Below are positions 61,429 to 64,000 of a stretch of 64,000 nucleotides of DNA, one piece after another. The position numbers were made by a program, and so were the translations under genes. Under the pieces are notes generated by a model. That model made no database searches, was not told the DNA's origin, and saw nothing but the letters and a program-made list of their open reading frames with translations. Position 1 is the first letter of the stretch. Every line of letters starts with the position of its first letter. Origin of the DNA: Anaerohalosphaeraceae bacterium (GTDB taxonomy: Bacteria > Planctomycetota > Phycisphaerae > Sedimentisphaerales > Anaerohalosphaeraceae); NCBI GenBank assembly GCA_963675525.2, contig CAXXSL010000008.1:1-64000 (forward strand), read 5' to 3'.

Positions 61429-61924
61429 CGACATACTCAACAATTTCATAGTATTCCGAGGGGCTTTCACAGGCCACCTCCATGAGTTTGCCCCGGTTGT
61501 CTTTCAGCAGGACCGAACCGGCCCGCGAATAGCCTTCGGGATTAAATTCAAAATAATAAATGCCGTCTTCTTTTGTGACACCCTCAAAAATCAACTCCAT
61601 TTCCGAAGGGATCAAAAAATCATTCCCGAAATTATTTTTCAGCGGCTCATACTGACTTTCGGTCAGGCTGGATATCCAGCAGCGGTTTTGGTCTGGGTCG
61701 AAATTGACACGGTAATACCGGCTGCCGAAAACCGACTGAACTTTGGCGTAACGCGTCATCGCCAGGATATAATCGCTGACATCATTCAGCTGACTGGATG
61801 AAAAAAAGCCTCTCAGTGATGGCGCGGCCATCGCCAGCACCGTTGACAGAATGATCATGATCAGGATCAACTCCAGCAGCGTAAATGCCCTGGCTCTAAC
61901 GGGATGACCTTTGGACTCCGTCAT
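61406..61924 (-). CDS. gspH: T2SS minor pseudopilin H
   Basis: AFTLLELIL; FNPEG. Confidence 0.8.
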   Translation of the reverse strand: MTESKGHPVRARAFTLLELILIMIILSTVLAMAAPSLRGFFSSSQLNDVSDYILAMTRYAKVQSVFGSRYYRVNFDPDQNRCWISSLTESQYEPLKNNFGNDFLIPSEMELIFEGVTKEDGIYYFEFNPEGYSRAGSVLLKDNRGKLMEVACESPSEYYEIVEYVDGQRQYK

Positions 61925-61927
61925 GGC

Positions 61928-62356
61928 CTACTGATCTTCGCTCCAGTTCTTAATATCGTCCTCGGTGCTCTGGACCATATCCGGCCCGAATGAATACAGG
62001 TCATATCCGTGCTCATTGTGCTGGCCCGGCTGCTTATACACATATTCATTGCCCCACGGGTCTTTGGGGACACCGCGTTTCAGATAGGGGCCGTCCCAGT
62101 CTTCCGCATTCGACGGCTCCTCGATAAGGGCCCGGATCCCCTCACTATTGGTCGGATAGCGTCCCATGTGAATCTCAAACGTATCGATAGCCAACTCCAG
62201 CGTTGAAATATCCGACTTGGCGGCAATCACTTTGGCCTTTTTGCTTTGCCCGGTAAATTTCGGAACGATCAGCGATGCCAGAACAGCCAAAATTACCACC
62301 ACCAGCATCAATTCGATCAACGTAAAACCCCGTTTTTGTCTATTACTTCTGTTCAT
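61928..62356 (-). CDS. gspG: T2SS major pseudopilin G
   Basis: GFTLIELM, GRYPT, WDGPYL, PKDPWG and SFGPD; SD AAGGAG. Confidence 0.95.
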   Translation of the reverse strand: MNRSNRQKRGFTLIELMLVVVILAVLASLIVPKFTGQSKKAKVIAAKSDISTLELAIDTFEIHMGRYPTNSEGIRALIEEPSNAEDWDGPYLKRGVPKDPWGNEYVYKQPGQHNEHGYDLYSFGPDMVQSTEDDIKNWSEDQ

Positions 62357-62373
62357 CTGACTTTCTCCTTGAA

Positions 62374-63585
62374 TCATTGACTCATCAGGTCTTGTAAATT
62401 AAAGATCGGCAGCAGCATACCGATGACAATCGTTCCCACAAATACCGCCATAAAAAATAACATCGCCGGCTCAACAAAGGATACGGTTGTCTTGAGATTC
62501 CGGTCCAGCTCCATCTCATTAACCTCTGCAAGACGACTGAGCTCCTCGCCGAGTCGGGAGCTTTCTTCGGCTACTGAGATCATTTCAATATTGGCGCCCG
62601 AAAAAAGCTTCGGACAGTTCCGAAGTCCCTGCGACAGCGGCACTCCCTTACGGATCTTCTCAATCGCATCGTTCATCGCCGCCGCCAGTGTCCGATTACC
62701 GATCGCCTCTTTGGCAACATGCAGTGCCGTCAGCAACGGTACCCCCGCATTGATAAGCGTTCCCAACATGCGGGCAAATCGGACAAACGCAAATCGCGCG
62801 GTCAATTTCCCCAGGATCGGCATGTCCAAAATCCATCGCTCAAACGCCGCCTGACCTTCTTGACGCTGGAGATATGTTCTGATCATTAAGACAAACAGCA
62901 CGACTGCCGCGATAAGGATGAACCAGTACTTGACCACCAACCCGCTGGCCGTGACGATCCACTGCGTTAATGTCGGAAGCGATCCGCCAAACTCGGCAAA
63001 AATCGAAGAAAACCGCGGAATAAAATAAATCAGCAAAAAGACTAAAATACAGAGTGCAAGAAACGTTAAGATCACCGGATAGATCAGCGCCGATTGAACC
63101 CGGCTCTTGAGGTCCTGTTCGCGCGACCGGAAATTGGCGATTTGCTCCAGTACCAATTCCAGAAATCCGCCCGTTTCCCCCGCCTGAACCATCGCCACAT
63201 AAATCGTGGAAAAATACTTCGGCCATTGCCGCAATGCATCGGCCAGACTCATACCGTTAGACACATTATCGTGCACATCCTGCCACAATTTTTTGGCCGC
63301 CGGCTTGGACGACTCACGGCTCAATATCGTCAGGGCTTTGCTCAACGACAAGCCCGCCGCCAGAAGATTGCCGAGTTCACGGGTGAAGGATTCGATATCT
63401 TTACGGGTCAGGCGTCCCGAAAATCGCGGCGGTGTTTTTTGAACAACCGCTTGTTCTTCCACGTGCAACGGATTCAGTCCCCGTGAAAACAACTCCTCAA
63501 TCGCGTTCTTGCGCGAAGCGGAAACGACCGTATCGGAGACCGTATTGTCTTTTTCATCCAACGCTTTATAAACAAATATCGGCAT
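62374..63585 (-). CDS. gspF: T2SS inner-membrane platform protein F
   Basis: AGETGG, ALIYP, GVPLL and EPAML. Confidence 0.92.
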   Translation of the reverse strand: MPIFVYKALDEKDNTVSDTVVSASRKNAIEELFSRGLNPLHVEEQAVVQKTPPRFSGRLTRKDIESFTRELGNLLAAGLSLSKALTILSRESSKPAAKKLWQDVHDNVSNGMSLADALRQWPKYFSTIYVAMVQAGETGGFLELVLEQIANFRSREQDLKSRVQSALIYPVILTFLALCILVFLLIYFIPRFSSIFAEFGGSLPTLTQWIVTASGLVVKYWFILIAAVVLFVLMIRTYLQRQEGQAAFERWILDMPILGKLTARFAFVRFARMLGTLINAGVPLLTALHVAKEAIGNRTLAAAMNDAIEKIRKGVPLSQGLRNCPKLFSGANIEMISVAEESSRLGEELSRLAEVNEMELDRNLKTTVSFVEPAMLFFMAVFVGTIVIGMLLPIFNLQDLMSQ

Positions 63586-63590
63586 GGCTG

Positions 63591-64000
63591 TTACGCTTCC
63601 TCATAACTGCGGAACTCATCTTTTGTCACCCTGAAGACTTCTTCGATGGTTGTCTGACCTGCATGTAAATACCGGATGACATCCTGACGTAGATTCCGCA
63701 TGCCCTCTTTGCCCGCCTGTTGTCTGATCTGACGCGAGTCTACATTCTTCAAAAGCAGCGACCGTATCTCTTCGCTCACAACCATTTGTTCGAAGATACC
63801 CTTTCGTCCGAGATAGCCGCTCTGTTGACAATGTTGACAACCTGCACCCTTGTATAATGTTTCGGGAATGAGGTCGCCATACCGCTGCCGCAAAGGCTCC
63901 GTTTCATGTTCACCTACTGCCTGCTTGCATTCCGGGCAGATCAGGCGGATAAGCCGCTGAGCAATAACCGCCTCCAGCGATGAAGCGACCAGGTATGGCT
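63591..64000 (-). CDS. gspE: T2SS ATPase E, 3' part only
   Basis: AQRLIRLICPEC...GAGCQHCQQSGYLGRKGIFE...TTIEEVFRV. Confidence 0.9.
   Translation of the reverse strand, partial: PYLVASSLEAVIAQRLIRLICPECKQAVGEHETEPLRQRYGDLIPETLYKGAGCQHCQQSGYLGRKGIFEQMVVSEEIRSLLLKNVDSRQIRQQAGKEGMRNLRQDVIRYLHAGQTTIEEVFRVTKDEFRSYEEA

Overview
This 64-kb window is bacterial chromosome, most likely a Planctomycetota (Phycisphaerae/Sedimentisphaerales-like) organism. That call is inferred from the short ~108-nt 5S rRNA, a 16S-less rRNA operon, an H-X9-DG prepilin-like protein and a dockerin-like C-terminal tag. Contents in order: partial YkgJ gene; AI-2E transporter; glycine cleavage operon gcvT-H-PA-PB with an AT-rich gene inserted between PA and PB; FAA hydrolase; a ~19-kb co-directional minus-strand envelope/lipid block (sigma54 promoter > VIT-vWA protein with GlyGly-CTERM-like tail > rhombosortase > lipoprotein > B12 radical SAM > secreted protein > lysophospholipase-like > ... 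> Aas/LplT fusion > CPBP protease > RAYT with REPs > DUF2339 > lipase-like > prepilin-like) with a divergent sigma54 activator; C1A peptidase; DUF4097 lipoprotein; pdaD-speB with a structured leader; Ser/Thr kinase plus PP2C; DksA-like; GT4/GlgP/GH130; typA; class II photolyase; GH43; tRNA-Ile/tRNA-Ala/23S/5S with its own tandem promoters and no 16S; and a T2SS operon ending in a GH43. The most unusual signals are: (i) the sigma54-controlled rhombosortase/VIT/radical-SAM operon; (ii) several families of small palindromic or periodic repeats, including filled and empty 3x9-bp inverted-arm cassettes, synonymously diverged duplications of a gene 3' end beside REPs, and a REP-like palindrome in frame inside the photolyase; (iii) a candidate cis-regulatory RNA before the arginine decarboxylase/agmatinase operon. 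All product calls come from motif recognition by eye; no searches were run.
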